DNA of 64,000 bases from Candidatus Sulfomarinibacteraceae bacterium (GCA_963796455.1 CAWCLO010000001.1:1248001-1312000), one strand, 5' to 3'. Positions 8,997-19,080 are shown, counted from the first letter of the stretch. Program-made: numbers and translations. Notes: generated from the letters alone by a model not told the origin.

Positions 8997-10196
8997 TCAT
9001 CGTCCCACCAGGGCCTCAACCGGATCGAGGCGGGCAGCACGGCGGGCCGGAACCACGCCAAAAAAGACGCCGACAACAATCGAGGTAACAAGCGATGCAA
9101 CGATCGCCCACGTCGGAGTCGCGGCCGGAAAAGTCGGATAGACCTGGACAAAGGCTGCGATGGCACCGGCCCCGACCGCCAATCCGACCAATCCGCCGAC
9201 CGTCGACAAAACCGAGGCCTCGGCGATGAAGACCGTCATGATCTGGGAGGTACTGGCTCCCAATGCCTTGAGCAGCCCGATCTCGCGTCGACGCTCCGAA
9301 ACCGCCACCAGCATGACGTTCATGATGCCGACACCCGCGACAGTCAGTGAAACCGATGCAATTGCCGCCAGCGCCAGGGTCAAGACCCCAAGAATGGAGT
9401 CGAGGGTCGCAACAACCGCATCCTGGGTAATGACCGTGACATCTTCGGTGCGGTGTCGTTCGGCAAGCAACTCGATGACAGCCGCCTTGCCGGCCTCGAG
9501 ATCGGTGTTTTCAGGCATTTCGACAAGGATTCTGAACAAAGTGCTTCGATTGAAGACCCGCATCGCAGTTCGCACAGGAATGAAGACCAGATCGTCAAAA
9601 TCGAAACCGAGGGACCGCCCCCGCGGGCTGAGGACACCAACCACGCGAAATCGCCATTCTCCAAGTCGGACAACTTCGCCGAGTGGGTTTTCCGAGCCAA
9701 AGAGTTCCTGCGCAACCTTTATGCCGAGCACCATTTCGGATCCACCCTGGTCGGGATCGCCCCGTTTCAGAAACTGGCCCGACCCGATCTGCAGACGGCG
9801 GACCTCGAGCAGATCCGCCGTAGTGCCGAAAACAGACACCGAACGCGCCTTCCCGGCATAACGGATCTTTTCCTCTCCTGAAGCCAGAGGCGCCGCCCTC
9901 TCGACCATGGGAATTCGCGTCGACACCGCCCGAAAATCATCGATGGTGAGATCATTGACGACTCCACCAAAGGGCATCATCCCCGTTGTTTCAACCTTTC
10001 CCGGTATCACGATCAGAAGATTGGTGCCGAGGGAGCTGAACTCCTGCACGACGTATTTTCGTGCGCCCTCTCCGAGAGCGGTCAGAGCAACCACCGCAGC
10101 GATCCCAACCGCGACACCCGTGATCGACAGCACTGTTCGCAACCGGTGGCCCCGCAGCGCACCCACCGCAAACGCGATCAGCTCACCGAGAGCCAT
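8997..10196 (-). CDS. ABC transporter permease (MacB/FtsX family)
   Basis: LRTVLSITGVAVG, GIMNVMLVAVSERRREIG, PARRAARLDPVEAL. Confidence 0.93.
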   Translation of the reverse strand: MALGELIAFAVGALRGHRLRTVLSITGVAVGIAAVVALTALGEGARKYVVQEFSSLGTNLLIVIPGKVETTGMMPFGGVVNDLTIDDFRAVSTRIPMVERAAPLASGEEKIRYAGKARSVSVFGTTADLLEVRRLQIGSGQFLKRGDPDQGGSEMVLGIKVAQELFGSENPLGEVVRLGEWRFRVVGVLSPRGRSLGFDFDDLVFIPVRTAMRVFNRSTLFRILVEMPENTDLEAGKAAVIELLAERHRTEDVTVITQDAVVATLDSILGVLTLALAAIASVSLTVAGVGIMNVMLVAVSERRREIGLLKALGASTSQIMTVFIAEASVLSTVGGLVGLAVGAGAIAAFVQVYPTFPAATPTWAIVASLVTSIVVGVFFGVVPARRAARLDPVEALVGR

Positions 10197-10208
10197 CTAC
10201 CACCACCC

Positions 10209-10328
10209 AATTCGGAGTTCGGGTTCGGAGTTCGGAGTTCGGAGTTCGGAGTTCGGCAAGTCATCCACATTCTGGCAACGAAGATCCAGGTGGAAATTCC
10301 GACTTGCGAATCCAAAACTCCGAACTCG
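10209..10328. repeat. Inverted heptamer arrays (TTCGGAG)x~6 / degenerate (CTCCGAA)
   Basis: Fills the gap between the ATPase and permease genes. Confidence 0.9.
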
Positions 10329-10332
10329 CCTC

Positions 10333-11001
10333 TCATCGTCGCTCCACGATTTCACCGTCGTCCATCCGCACCGCGGACCGGGCTCGTTGTGCCACCTCTG
10401 GATCGTGGGTCACCAGGACCACGGTTTGTCCGTTTTGATTCATCGTGCCGAGCAGATCCATGATCTCGAGGGCCGCCGTCCGGTCGAGATTGCCGGTTGG
10501 TTCGTCCGCGAGCAGGAGACCCGGTTCCATGACAACCGCTCGGGCGATCGCGACCCGCTGGCGCTGACCGCCTGACAGCTGATCCGGTCGGTGGTGGCTC
10601 CTCGACTCGAGACCCACAGACTTCAGAGCGTCAGCCGCACGCTGCCGCCTTTCGGCCCGAACGACACCGGCAAAGAGCATCGGCAACTCGACGTTGCCCT
10701 GCGCCGTGAGCCTGGGCAGCAGGTGAAAGAACTGAAAGACGAATCCGATCTCCGACTGCCGCAACCGTGTCCGCTCCGCGTCGGGAAGGGAGATCACTTC
10801 GCGATCATTGAATCGATACGAGCCCGACGTCGGGCGATCGAGACAGCCCAGAACATTGAGGAGCGTCGATTTCCCCGACCCCGACGGCCCCATCACAGCA
10901 AGGTAGTCGCCCTTCGAAATCTCGAGACTCACATCACGCAGGGCGTGGACCTCTGAATCGCCAACGTGATAGGTGCGCCAGAGTTTTTCCAGAGAAATCA
11001 C
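10333..11001 (-). CDS. ABC transporter ATP-binding protein (LolD/MacB type)
   Basis: GPSGSGKST, LSGGQRQR, LLADEPTGNLD, VTHD. GTG start at 11001 is inferred. Confidence 0.92.
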   Translation of the reverse strand: MISLEKLWRTYHVGDSEVHALRDVSLEISKGDYLAVMGPSGSGKSTLLNVLGCLDRPTSGSYRFNDREVISLPDAERTRLRQSEIGFVFQFFHLLPRLTAQGNVELPMLFAGVVRAERRQRAADALKSVGLESRSHHRPDQLSGGQRQRVAIARAVVMEPGLLLADEPTGNLDRTAALEIMDLLGTMNQNGQTVVLVTHDPEVAQRARSAVRMDDGEIVERR

Positions 11002-11028
11002 GACGCCGGCTCCGACAACAAGTTTTGC

Positions 11029-11133
11029 GAGTTCTGAGTTCGGAGTTCGGAATGCGGAGATTCCGACACACCTCCCCTTCCCATCGCTGAGGGCAGAGAC
11101 AATTCCGAACTCCGAATTCCGAATTCCGAATTC
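11029..11133. repeat. Inverted heptamer arrays (GAGTTCG)n / (ATTCCGA)n
   Basis: Fills the gap between the adaptor and ATPase genes. Confidence 0.9.
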
Positions 11134-12271
11134 ATTTCGCCTGCTCCTGAGCCAACGCCCCAGCCTTGATCTCCGGGCGATTGCGGGCCACCACCACTCG
11201 ATCACCCTCGTCGAGGCCGTCAACCACCTCGGCGAATCGCCAGTTCTTGAGACCGATCTCTACGATTCGCTCGACGAGAGATCCTTCACTCAGAATCAAT
11301 ACGCTGCCGCCCTCGGCCACCGCCGAAGCGGGTATCCGGAGCGCTTCTGCTCGGTTTTCGAGGATAACCTCGACATCAGCCGAAGTACCGGGCAGCACAC
11401 CGAGCATCAACGCTTCGTCGCTGAGTTCGCACTCCAATTCGACGGTCCGATTCTGCTCGAGAACATCCAGAACATATGGAGCCACCCTCGATACAGATCC
11501 CTCGAAACTCTGGTCCGGGCGCGAATCCACGGTCACTCGAACGGCCTGACCGATGCGAACGCGTTCCGCATCCACCTCGTCGATCGGCGCACTGACATAG
11601 ATCGACGCCGGGTCCAGGAGATCGACCACCGGAGGAATCGGCAGTCCCGGGGGAGATGGTGTGATGTACTCGCCGACTTCAGTACTCAGCTCGGCGATGA
11701 TGCCCGCAAAAGGCGCCCGAAGCTGGGTGAAATCCAACTGCACCTGGACCGCACCGACCCGGCTCTGGGCCTGGCCGACCGCGGCCCGGGCAGCAGAACA
11801 GCCCGCCCGTGTCCGGTCGCGATCGGTGCGCAGGAGATCCAGGTTCTGGTCGCTTGCGATGCCTTGGGCGTGTAGGGTTTCGACCCTCGTGAGCTCCTTT
11901 TCTGCCAACTCGGCGGCGAGACAGGCCTCGTCCGCCTGGGCGCGAGCGGCGATCACCGATGCTCTGGCAGATAACAACTCGGCCCGCTGGGCCCGGCCGT
12001 CCAGCTCGACCACGACCTCACCCTCGGAAACCCGATCGCCTTCCCTGAAAGGAAGTCCGACCACCAATCCTCCGATCTGCGGCGACAGTTCCGCCCGCAA
12101 CCGAACTTTGACCGTTCCGGCGCGGGTATTGCTGACCGTTTGCTCGACCACACCGCGTTCGACGGCGGTGGTCCTGACTTCGACCACTACCGGGGCAAAG
12201 ACCGTAAACCGCATGACAATCAACAACGCCACGATAACGAGGACGATGGCGATCCATTTGATGCTTTTCAT
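11132..12271 (-). CDS. Efflux periplasmic adaptor subunit (HlyD/MacA family)
   Basis: N-terminal TM, lipoyl halves (EGDRVSEG; LRAPFAGII), coiled coil, GLDEGDRVV. Confidence 0.92.
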   Translation of the reverse strand: MKSIKWIAIVLVIVALLIVMRFTVFAPVVVEVRTTAVERGVVEQTVSNTRAGTVKVRLRAELSPQIGGLVVGLPFREGDRVSEGEVVVELDGRAQRAELLSARASVIAARAQADEACLAAELAEKELTRVETLHAQGIASDQNLDLLRTDRDRTRAGCSAARAAVGQAQSRVGAVQVQLDFTQLRAPFAGIIAELSTEVGEYITPSPPGLPIPPVVDLLDPASIYVSAPIDEVDAERVRIGQAVRVTVDSRPDQSFEGSVSRVAPYVLDVLEQNRTVELECELSDEALMLGVLPGTSADVEVILENRAEALRIPASAVAEGGSVLILSEGSLVERIVEIGLKNWRFAEVVDGLDEGDRVVVARNRPEIKAGALAQEQAK

Positions 12272-12427
12272 GATTGGTTATTGTACTCCCCCGCTGCCGA
12301 GCTACGGTTTGTTGCAACGATGGTTTTCAGATAAACGGCGCTCATCGATGGCATCGGCGAAACCGGGATGACGCGACCGCCGATCCGAGCTACAGTTGCT
12401 GATCTGCACATCGCTGGAGGGATATGG

Positions 12428-13816
12428 ATGAGCGACGAGAACCGTGAGATCAAGACCGCAGAAGAGCCCGAAGAAAAACCATCGTGGCGGTTCCCACAGA
12501 CATTCTGGACCGGTAATGCCGCCGAGCTTTGCGAACGCGCCGCCTACTACGGTACCTTCATCGCGCTGCGAACCTACCTCATTCGGGTGGTGGGCCTCGA
12601 CGACGTCCAGGCGGGCATTGTTGCCGGCCTTTTCGGCGGCTGGATCTATCTGGTGCCCTTCTTCACCGGCGCCATCGCCGATCGCATGGGGTTCCGGAAA
12701 GCACTCATCCTCGCATTCGCCCTGCTGACGGTGGGCTACGGAATGCTCGGTGTCTTCAACACCCTCGCTCCCGTCCTGATCGGGCTGTTCGTGATCGTGA
12801 TCGGCGGAGCATTTGTCAAACCGGTCATCACCGGCACGGTGGCGAAATCATCGAACTTGGTGAATCGCGCCCGCGCTTTCAGTATTTTCTACATGGTCGT
12901 CAATATCGGTTCCTTCACCGGAAAGACCATCGTCGCTCCGATGCGCATCCAGATGGGTGTTGAAACCGTTCCCTACTTTTCGGCCGGTGCGAGCTTCTTT
13001 GCCCTGGTTCTGGTCATGTTGATCTACCGGCCGCCGGATGACACCGACGCACAACCCAAGAATCTGCGCGAAACCCTTCAGGGCATGTGGATGGCGATGA
13101 GCAACATGCGCTTTCTCGCTCTGATTCTCATCACAGCCGGTTTCTGGGCGATCCAGGGCCAGCTCTACGCGTCGATGCCCGACTATGTGCTGCGGATGGC
13201 CGGTGAGACCTACAAGCCGGAGTGGTACGCCAACGTCAATCCGCTGGTGGTGGTCCTGTTCGTGGTCGCTATCACGCAGATGGTTCGTAAGTGGAAGCCC
13301 CAGAATTCCATGTTGGTTGCGATGGCATTGATCCCGCTGTCCTCGGTTGCCATGGCCACATCCTCGTGGTTCTCCGGCCCGGTGCACATCTTTGGACTCG
13401 AGGTCCACCCGATCACGCTGATGATGGTCATCGGTATTTCCATCCAGGGTCTGGCCGAATGTTTTCTCTCACCCAAATGGTTGGAGTTCGCATCGAAACA
13501 GGCCCCCCGTGGCCGCGAAGGGGTTTTTCTGGGTTTCGCCCACATGAATACCTTTTTCGCCTGGATTTTCGGTTTCATCTTTTCAGGCTATCTGCTCAAG
13601 GCCTATTGCCCTGAACCGACCACGCTGCCCCAAGCCATACAGGATCAGCACACTCTGGCGTTGGCCGGTCAGGCCCCGATGCCCGAGGTCTATGCTCATG
13701 CCAACTATCTGTGGTGGGCCTATGCCGGAATCGGGCTGACGTCGTTTATCGCATTGGTCATATTTATCTGGGTCACCAATCGCCTGGACGTGCGACAGGC
13801 ACCCGCGAAACAGTGA
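12428..13816 (+). CDS. MFS transporter, POT/PTR peptide-transporter-like
   Basis: ELCERAAYYG (ExxERxxYY), AFSIFYMVVNIGS, many TM helices. GGAGG RBS. Confidence 0.88.
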   Translation: MSDENREIKTAEEPEEKPSWRFPQTFWTGNAAELCERAAYYGTFIALRTYLIRVVGLDDVQAGIVAGLFGGWIYLVPFFTGAIADRMGFRKALILAFALLTVGYGMLGVFNTLAPVLIGLFVIVIGGAFVKPVITGTVAKSSNLVNRARAFSIFYMVVNIGSFTGKTIVAPMRIQMGVETVPYFSAGASFFALVLVMLIYRPPDDTDAQPKNLRETLQGMWMAMSNMRFLALILITAGFWAIQGQLYASMPDYVLRMAGETYKPEWYANVNPLVVVLFVVAITQMVRKWKPQNSMLVAMALIPLSSVAMATSSWFSGPVHIFGLEVHPITLMMVIGISIQGLAECFLSPKWLEFASKQAPRGREGVFLGFAHMNTFFAWIFGFIFSGYLLKAYCPEPTTLPQAIQDQHTLALAGQAPMPEVYAHANYLWWAYAGIGLTSFIALVIFIWVTNRLDVRQAPAKQ

Positions 13817-14868
13817 TGGACGGACCGGTAGAGGTTCTGCTCCAGCCGTACGACCTTTCTGCAGCCATCGAACTACCGAATCGGATCGTGATGGCGCCGA
13901 TGACGCGCAGCATGGCGGGCCCGGGTCTCGTCGTGACGCACGCATCAGCCGAATACTATGCTCGCCGCGCATCGGCCGGTCTCCTGATCAGCGAAGGGAC
14001 GATCATTCGTCCCGATGGGCAGGGTTACCCGGATGTCCCGGGGATTTTTACCGATGTCCAGATCGAGGGCTGGCGCGAAGTGGCAACCAGGGTTCACGAA
14101 AAGGACGGCAGGATCTTTCTTCAGCTGTGGCACGTCGGACGGATCTCCCACCCAAACTATCTCTCTGGAGACCTGCCCGTCGCACCCTCTGCCGTTCCGC
14201 TCTCAGGCCGGATACCGCGGGCCAAAGCACTCGAGTATGGCGTCCCCCGTGCGCTCGAAAACACGGAGATCAACGACATCGTCTCCGCTTTCGGCACGTC
14301 GGCCGCCAACGCCATCGGCGCGGGCGCCGACGGAGTCGAGATCCACGGGGCCAACGGGTATCTCATCGACCAGTTTCTCCACCATCACACCAATCGTCGC
14401 GACGACGCCTGGGGCGGGTCGCCAGCGCGCATGTGCCGCTTCGCCCTTGAAGTGGTCGATGCTGTGGTCGATGCGGCGGGCTCCGATCGGGTGGGCATCC
14501 GGCTCTCCCCGGGCGCCTATTTCAACCAGGAATCACACCCCGACGATGCCGGTGTGTACAAACTCCTGCTCGAAGAGCTCTCGGGTCGAAGTCTGGCCTA
14601 TGTCCACGTCGGTATTTTTGATCACTCGATCGAATTCGAGCACCTCGGTGGGACTGCCGAGGCATTTATCAGACGCCACTACCAGGGCACGCTCATCGGT
14701 TGCGGAAGCTACGATCCCACCTCCGCCGCCCGGTCCATTGACACAGACGCGTTCGATCTCATCGCCTTCGGCCGACCGTTCATCGCCAACCCCGACCTCG
14801 TCGAACGCATTCGAGACGGTTCCGAGCTCGCGCCCTACGATGAGGGCTTGTTGAAGCGCTTGGATTGA
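13816..14868 (+). CDS. Alkene reductase (Old Yellow Enzyme, NemA-like)
   Basis: NRIVMAPMTR, QLWHVGR, EIHGANGYLIDQF, FGRPFIANPDL. TGATG overlap with the MFS gene. Confidence 0.93.
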   Translation: MDGPVEVLLQPYDLSAAIELPNRIVMAPMTRSMAGPGLVVTHASAEYYARRASAGLLISEGTIIRPDGQGYPDVPGIFTDVQIEGWREVATRVHEKDGRIFLQLWHVGRISHPNYLSGDLPVAPSAVPLSGRIPRAKALEYGVPRALENTEINDIVSAFGTSAANAIGAGADGVEIHGANGYLIDQFLHHHTNRRDDAWGGSPARMCRFALEVVDAVVDAAGSDRVGIRLSPGAYFNQESHPDDAGVYKLLLEELSGRSLAYVHVGIFDHSIEFEHLGGTAEAFIRRHYQGTLIGCGSYDPTSAARSIDTDAFDLIAFGRPFIANPDLVERIRDGSELAPYDEGLLKRLD

Positions 14869-14926
14869 GGCGGCCGAAGAACTCTTTTGATCCGGAGACG
14901 TTTCTCTTGACTGGAGGAGTCAAACC

Positions 14927-15619
14927 ATGAAAAAGACCCGATCGCTGCCGATCGTCATCGCCTGCTGCCTGATTGCCGCAAGTTGCGGCGTCAACAAGAA
15001 CATCCAGGTCAATGACGGGGAAACGCTGAACAGCGGCAGATCCACCGTCAACGGCAGTGTCCAGATCGGCGAAGGCTGCGTTGTTCGCGGCGATTGCCGC
15101 ACCGTCAACGGACGGGTCCTTGTCGGTTCCGGATCGGAGGTCGGCGGTCTGCAGACCGTCAATGGCAGCATCAAGATTTCAAGCGAAGTGACGATCGACG
15201 GGTCGGTCGGGACCGTCAACGGTTCAATCCAGATCGCAGAGGACGTTTCGATCCTGGGTGAGGTCGGGACCGTCAACGGATCGATCGAATGTCTGAACGG
15301 TTCCGAAATCAACGATGACATCTCGTCCGTCAACGGCTCCATCACCCTCGTGCAAACGGTCGTTTCCGGCGATCTGGTCACGAGCAACGGATCCATCTTG
15401 CTCCGCGAAGGATCAAGGGTTGTCGAGGACATCAGGATCCGCGGCAAGGCAAAGGGCGGGCTCGGCAACAAAACCCTCGAAATCACTATCGCAGAAGGGT
15501 CCGTCGTGGAGGGCGACATCGTCGTCCAGGACGACAAACGGAAAGTGACGGTCATCCTGTCTGACGGCGGTCTCGTCGAGGGAGAGATCGTGAACGCCGA
15601 GGTCATCACAAGATCCTGA
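14927..15619 (+). CDS. Beta-strand-repeat lipoprotein (DUF4097-like)
   Basis: Lipobox IAASC and repeated TVNGSI units. GGAGG RBS. Confidence 0.75.
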   Translation: MKKTRSLPIVIACCLIAASCGVNKNIQVNDGETLNSGRSTVNGSVQIGEGCVVRGDCRTVNGRVLVGSGSEVGGLQTVNGSIKISSEVTIDGSVGTVNGSIQIAEDVSILGEVGTVNGSIECLNGSEINDDISSVNGSITLVQTVVSGDLVTSNGSILLREGSRVVEDIRIRGKAKGGLGNKTLEITIAEGSVVEGDIVVQDDKRKVTVILSDGGLVEGEIVNAEVITRS

Positions 15620-15636
15620 CAAGCAGACGTCAGCGT

Positions 15637-15673
15637 TTGACAGACTCGACCTCTCGGTAATACTCTGTAACAC
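15637..15673 (+). promoter_or_regulatory. Sigma70-like promoter with GTAAYAC direct repeat (candidate operator)
   Basis: TTGACA 15637-15642, TACTCT 15661-15666. GTAATAC 15657-15663 and GTAACAC 15667-15673. Confidence 0.5.
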
Positions 15674-15711
15674 TCACCCGAGAGATCACCGAGGAACCGA
15701 GGAGTCAAACC

Positions 15712-15981
15712 ATGGCCACGCACAGCGGAAAACAACAGATCATTACCTTCAAGGCCGAAGACGCGCTGGTCGAGGCGATGCAGGACATCCCCAACCGATC
15801 CGAGTTCATCCGCTCCGCCATCCTCGCGGCGCTCGACGGCGCCTGCCCCATCTGCCACGGCACCGGCGTACTCAACGCGAATCAACAACGCCACTGGCAG
15901 GAGTTCAGCCGCACCCACCAGATGCAACCGTGTGAAGATTGCGACGAGGGCCGGTTGGTGTGCGTCGCGGTCCACGAATGA
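15712..15981 (+). CDS. Ribbon-helix-helix (CopG-like) protein with Cys/His metal-binding C-terminus
   Basis: IITFK...NRSEFIRSAI, then CPICHG, H, CEDC and C. First gene of the metal ABC operon. Confidence 0.72.
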   Translation: MATHSGKQQIITFKAEDALVEAMQDIPNRSEFIRSAILAALDGACPICHGTGVLNANQQRHWQEFSRTHQMQPCEDCDEGRLVCVAVHE

Positions 15982-15991
15982 AGAATTCCAG

Positions 15992-16855
15992 GTGAAGCCC
16001 TTTTTCCTCTTCACCCTGCTGGTGGTGGCGGCAACCCTCCCGGTCGGTGCAGCCGAGCCCCCGCTCGTGGTTGTCAGCATTCCGCCACAGCAGTGGTTGG
16101 TCGAGCGCCTCGCTCGAGAGCAGATCGACGTCAGGGTCCTGCTGCCACCGGGTTCTTCGCCGGCAACCTATGATCCTTCGCCGCGACAGCTCACCACCCT
16201 GACCGATTCGGCGCTCTTTCTCACCATCGGGGTCCCTTTTGAAGGGGCCGTCGTGCCGACGATCTCCGATCTGATGCCCGAAGTCTCGATTGTTGATACG
16301 GGTGTGGGGGTCCACCGAAGGTCGATGACCGAAGGTCACGACCATGAACACCACAGTTTGGGAGATCCCCATATCTGGCTCGATCCGGTTCGGATGAAGA
16401 TCATCGCGGCGACAACTGCGGAGGCTCTGAAGGGCGTTCTGCCATCGAGCCACGCCGCGATCGATTCGCGACTCCAGGCCCTTCATCAAGAGCTCGATTC
16501 CATCGATCGACGGGTGGCGGAGATCCTCCAGCCCGTCAAAGGGCGTGAGATCCTCGTATTTCACCCCGCCTACGGGTATTTCACGGATCGATACCAACTC
16601 ATCCAGGTGGCGATCGAGGTCGAAGGCAAGTCGCCGACCGGTCGTCATTTGGCTTCGATCATCGACCGATTCGGCGGACGGAAGGCTCCGGCAGTCTTTG
16701 TCCAGCCCCAGTTCTCCGCCGCCTCCGCACAGCGCGTGGCAGACGCTCTCGGTTGCGCCGTGGTCAAACTCGATCCGCTGGCCTCCGACTACACGGACAA
16801 CCTCGAAATCATGGCGACTCTGATCGCCACCGAACTCGGAGATCGAGATGACTGA
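15992..16855 (+). CDS. znuA: Zn/Mn ABC transporter substrate-binding protein
   Basis: Signal peptide, His-rich loop GHDHEHH, DPHIW, VFHPAYGYF. GTG start inferred. Confidence 0.88.
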   Translation: MKPFFLFTLLVVAATLPVGAAEPPLVVVSIPPQQWLVERLAREQIDVRVLLPPGSSPATYDPSPRQLTTLTDSALFLTIGVPFEGAVVPTISDLMPEVSIVDTGVGVHRRSMTEGHDHEHHSLGDPHIWLDPVRMKIIAATTAEALKGVLPSSHAAIDSRLQALHQELDSIDRRVAEILQPVKGREILVFHPAYGYFTDRYQLIQVAIEVEGKSPTGRHLASIIDRFGGRKAPAVFVQPQFSAASAQRVADALGCAVVKLDPLASDYTDNLEIMATLIATELGDRDD

Positions 16856-17609
16856 ATCATCCACTCCACAACCGGTCATCGAGATCCGGGATCTCGGCTT
16901 CCAGTTCGAAAACGGGCCACCGGTGCTCCAAAAGGTCAATCTGGAAGTAGTTGAAGGCGATTTCGCCAGCGTCATCGGACCCAACGGAGGCGGCAAAACT
17001 ACCCTCGTCAAAATCATCGTTGGGCTCTTGAAACCGACCACAGGCAGCGTCCGGATCTTTGGTCAGGCACCGACGAAAATCCGTCGCCGGGTCGGCTATA
17101 TGCCACAGCACGCGATGATGGACCCACGCTTCCCGGTGCGCGCCCAGGAGGTCGTCATGATGGGCAGGCTCGGTCAGGGGCCGCGTTTCGGCGGCTACCT
17201 GCGATCGGATCGGGCGGCGGCGACGGCGGCCCTCGATGAAGTCGGTCTTGGCGATCTGGGGTCGCGGCCATTCTCAGAGCTTTCCGGGGGGCAACGACAG
17301 CGGGTGCTGCTCGCCCGCGCGCTCGTCACCGATCCCGATCTGCTGCTCCTCGACGAGCCCGCAGCAGGTCTCGATCAGAGGGTCGAGCGCGATTTCTTCG
17401 ATCTCCTGCGCGAACTCAACAAAAAACTCACAATTGTCCTCGTCTCACACGATCTGGGGTTCGTCGCGAGCTTTGTGCGCACCGTGATCTGCGTCCACGG
17501 CACGGTCGATATCCACCCCACGAGCGCCCTTGACGGAACCCGTATTTCGGAGGTCTATGGCGGCGACGTGCGAATGGTTCATCACCACCACCATGGCGGG
17601 AAGCCCTGA
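16848..17609 (+). CDS. znuC: Zn/Mn ABC transporter ATP-binding protein
   Basis: GPNGGGKTT, LSGGQRQR, LLLDEP, VSHD, His-rich tail. Confidence 0.9.
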   Translation: MTESSTPQPVIEIRDLGFQFENGPPVLQKVNLEVVEGDFASVIGPNGGGKTTLVKIIVGLLKPTTGSVRIFGQAPTKIRRRVGYMPQHAMMDPRFPVRAQEVVMMGRLGQGPRFGGYLRSDRAAATAALDEVGLGDLGSRPFSELSGGQRQRVLLARALVTDPDLLLLDEPAAGLDQRVERDFFDLLRELNKKLTIVLVSHDLGFVASFVRTVICVHGTVDIHPTSALDGTRISEVYGGDVRMVHHHHHGGKP

Positions 17610-18451
17610 TGGAATTTCTCTCTGCCGTCCTCGAGTATTCCTTCCTCCGCAACGCCGTCGTCGCCGGCGTTCTGGCCGGCATCGCCTGTGGGGTCGTCGG
17701 TTCCTATGTCGTCGTCCGACGCATCAGCTACATCGCCGGCGCCATCGCCCACTGTGTCCTCGCCGGACTCGGAATCGCCCGGTATCTTCAGGTCGTCCAC
17801 GGTTGGTCGCTGCAGCCGCAGCACGGCGCCACGATCGCGGCGATTGCCGCCGCCCTGCTGATCGGTCTGGTGAGCCTGCGGGCCCGCGAACGCGAAGACA
17901 CCATTATCGGAGCCGTGTGGGCGATCGGAATGGCGGTCGGCATCCTCTTCATCGCGATGACGCCTGGTTACCACGAAGACCTGATGAGCTACCTGTTTGG
18001 CAATATCCTGCTGATCGGCACCGGAGACCTGTGGACGATGGCTCTCCTCGATGTGCTCGTGGTCGCCCTCGGCCTCGGACTCTACCCTCAGCTCGAATCG
18101 GTCTGTTTCGATGAAGAATTCGCCCGCCTCCGAGGCCTCCACGTGGAGCTCTACGTATTGCTTCTGATGGTTCTGACGGCCCTGACCGTCGTGCTGCTGG
18201 TCAGCGTCGTCGGTATCGTGCTCGTGATCGCGCTTCTGACCCTTCCTGCTGCGATCGCGGGGCAATTCACCAATACCCTACGCGGCACGATGGCCCTCGC
18301 CACTCTGCTCACCATCGCCTTCACGACGCTCGGCCTCGGTGTCAGCTTCGGACCCGATCTGCCCGCCGGAGCGACCACCATCGTGATCGCCGGTGCGGCA
18401 TATCTCGGCGTGTTGCTGTTCAAGGCAACGATCAACAGATTTCGCGCGTAG
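17609..18451 (+). CDS. znuB: Zn/Mn ABC transporter permease
   Basis: AIAHCVLAG, SYLFGNIL, VGIVLVIALLTLPA (ABC-3 family). Confidence 0.9.
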   Translation: MEFLSAVLEYSFLRNAVVAGVLAGIACGVVGSYVVVRRISYIAGAIAHCVLAGLGIARYLQVVHGWSLQPQHGATIAAIAAALLIGLVSLRAREREDTIIGAVWAIGMAVGILFIAMTPGYHEDLMSYLFGNILLIGTGDLWTMALLDVLVVALGLGLYPQLESVCFDEEFARLRGLHVELYVLLLMVLTALTVVLLVSVVGIVLVIALLTLPAAIAGQFTNTLRGTMALATLLTIAFTTLGLGVSFGPDLPAGATTIVIAGAAYLGVLLFKATINRFRA

Positions 18452-18470
18452 ACCGCCCGGAGATCGCTCG

Positions 18471-18520
18471 CTCGATACTCGATACTCGATACTCGATGCT
18501 GGATGCTGGATGTGCTGGAT
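18471..18520. repeat. Heptamer tract (CTCGATA)x3 grading into (GATGCTG)n
   Basis: Seen directly downstream of znuB. Confidence 0.88.
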
Positions 18521-18660
18521 TCCCAAACCCCATGGCTGAGGTGCAGAGGAGAAAGGGAGAACCGCCCGGCACTGGTTTCGCCTGTGTACCCTTGTCGCCT
18601 CCCGATGTCATCCTGAGCGCAGGCCACGACCCGGATGCTCATTGGACGCGTATGTCTCCT

Positions 18661-18789
18661 CAAGATGTCATCCTGAGCGGAGCCCGCCCTGGGGCGTAGT
18701 CGAAGGATCTATGAGATGGACTGAAACGCCCGTGAACCGCAGATCCTTCGACTCGGCCGTCGGACGGCCTCCCTCAGGATGACATCTTG
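18661..18789. repeat. REP/MITE-like nested palindrome (GTCATCCTGAG...GAAGGATCT type)
   Basis: Perfect 17-bp IR 18661-18677/18773-18789 and 13-bp IR 18698-18710/18741-18753. Extra left arm at 18604-18619. Confidence 0.85.
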
Positions 18790-19080
18790 AACGATCGTTC
18801 CGGTCCCGATCCCGTTCCCGATCCCGTATGGGGCTGACCGTACCCCAGGGTTGAGGAAGCGTTCGCTATCGCTATCGCTATCGGAATCGCTATCGAACGG
18901 CTGCTATGGATACCGACCTCGTAAGAGAGACTGGGCCTCACCGGTTCCGTCGATAATGATAAGGGCCGAGCCTCCTCTGCTCCTCCGCCAATTGTCAAAA
19001 CCCTGTCAATATCCTGATAACCGGACTCAAATCGCTATAATGTCCGCCGGCGACCGTGGACGGTCGTCAAGGAGTCAGAT

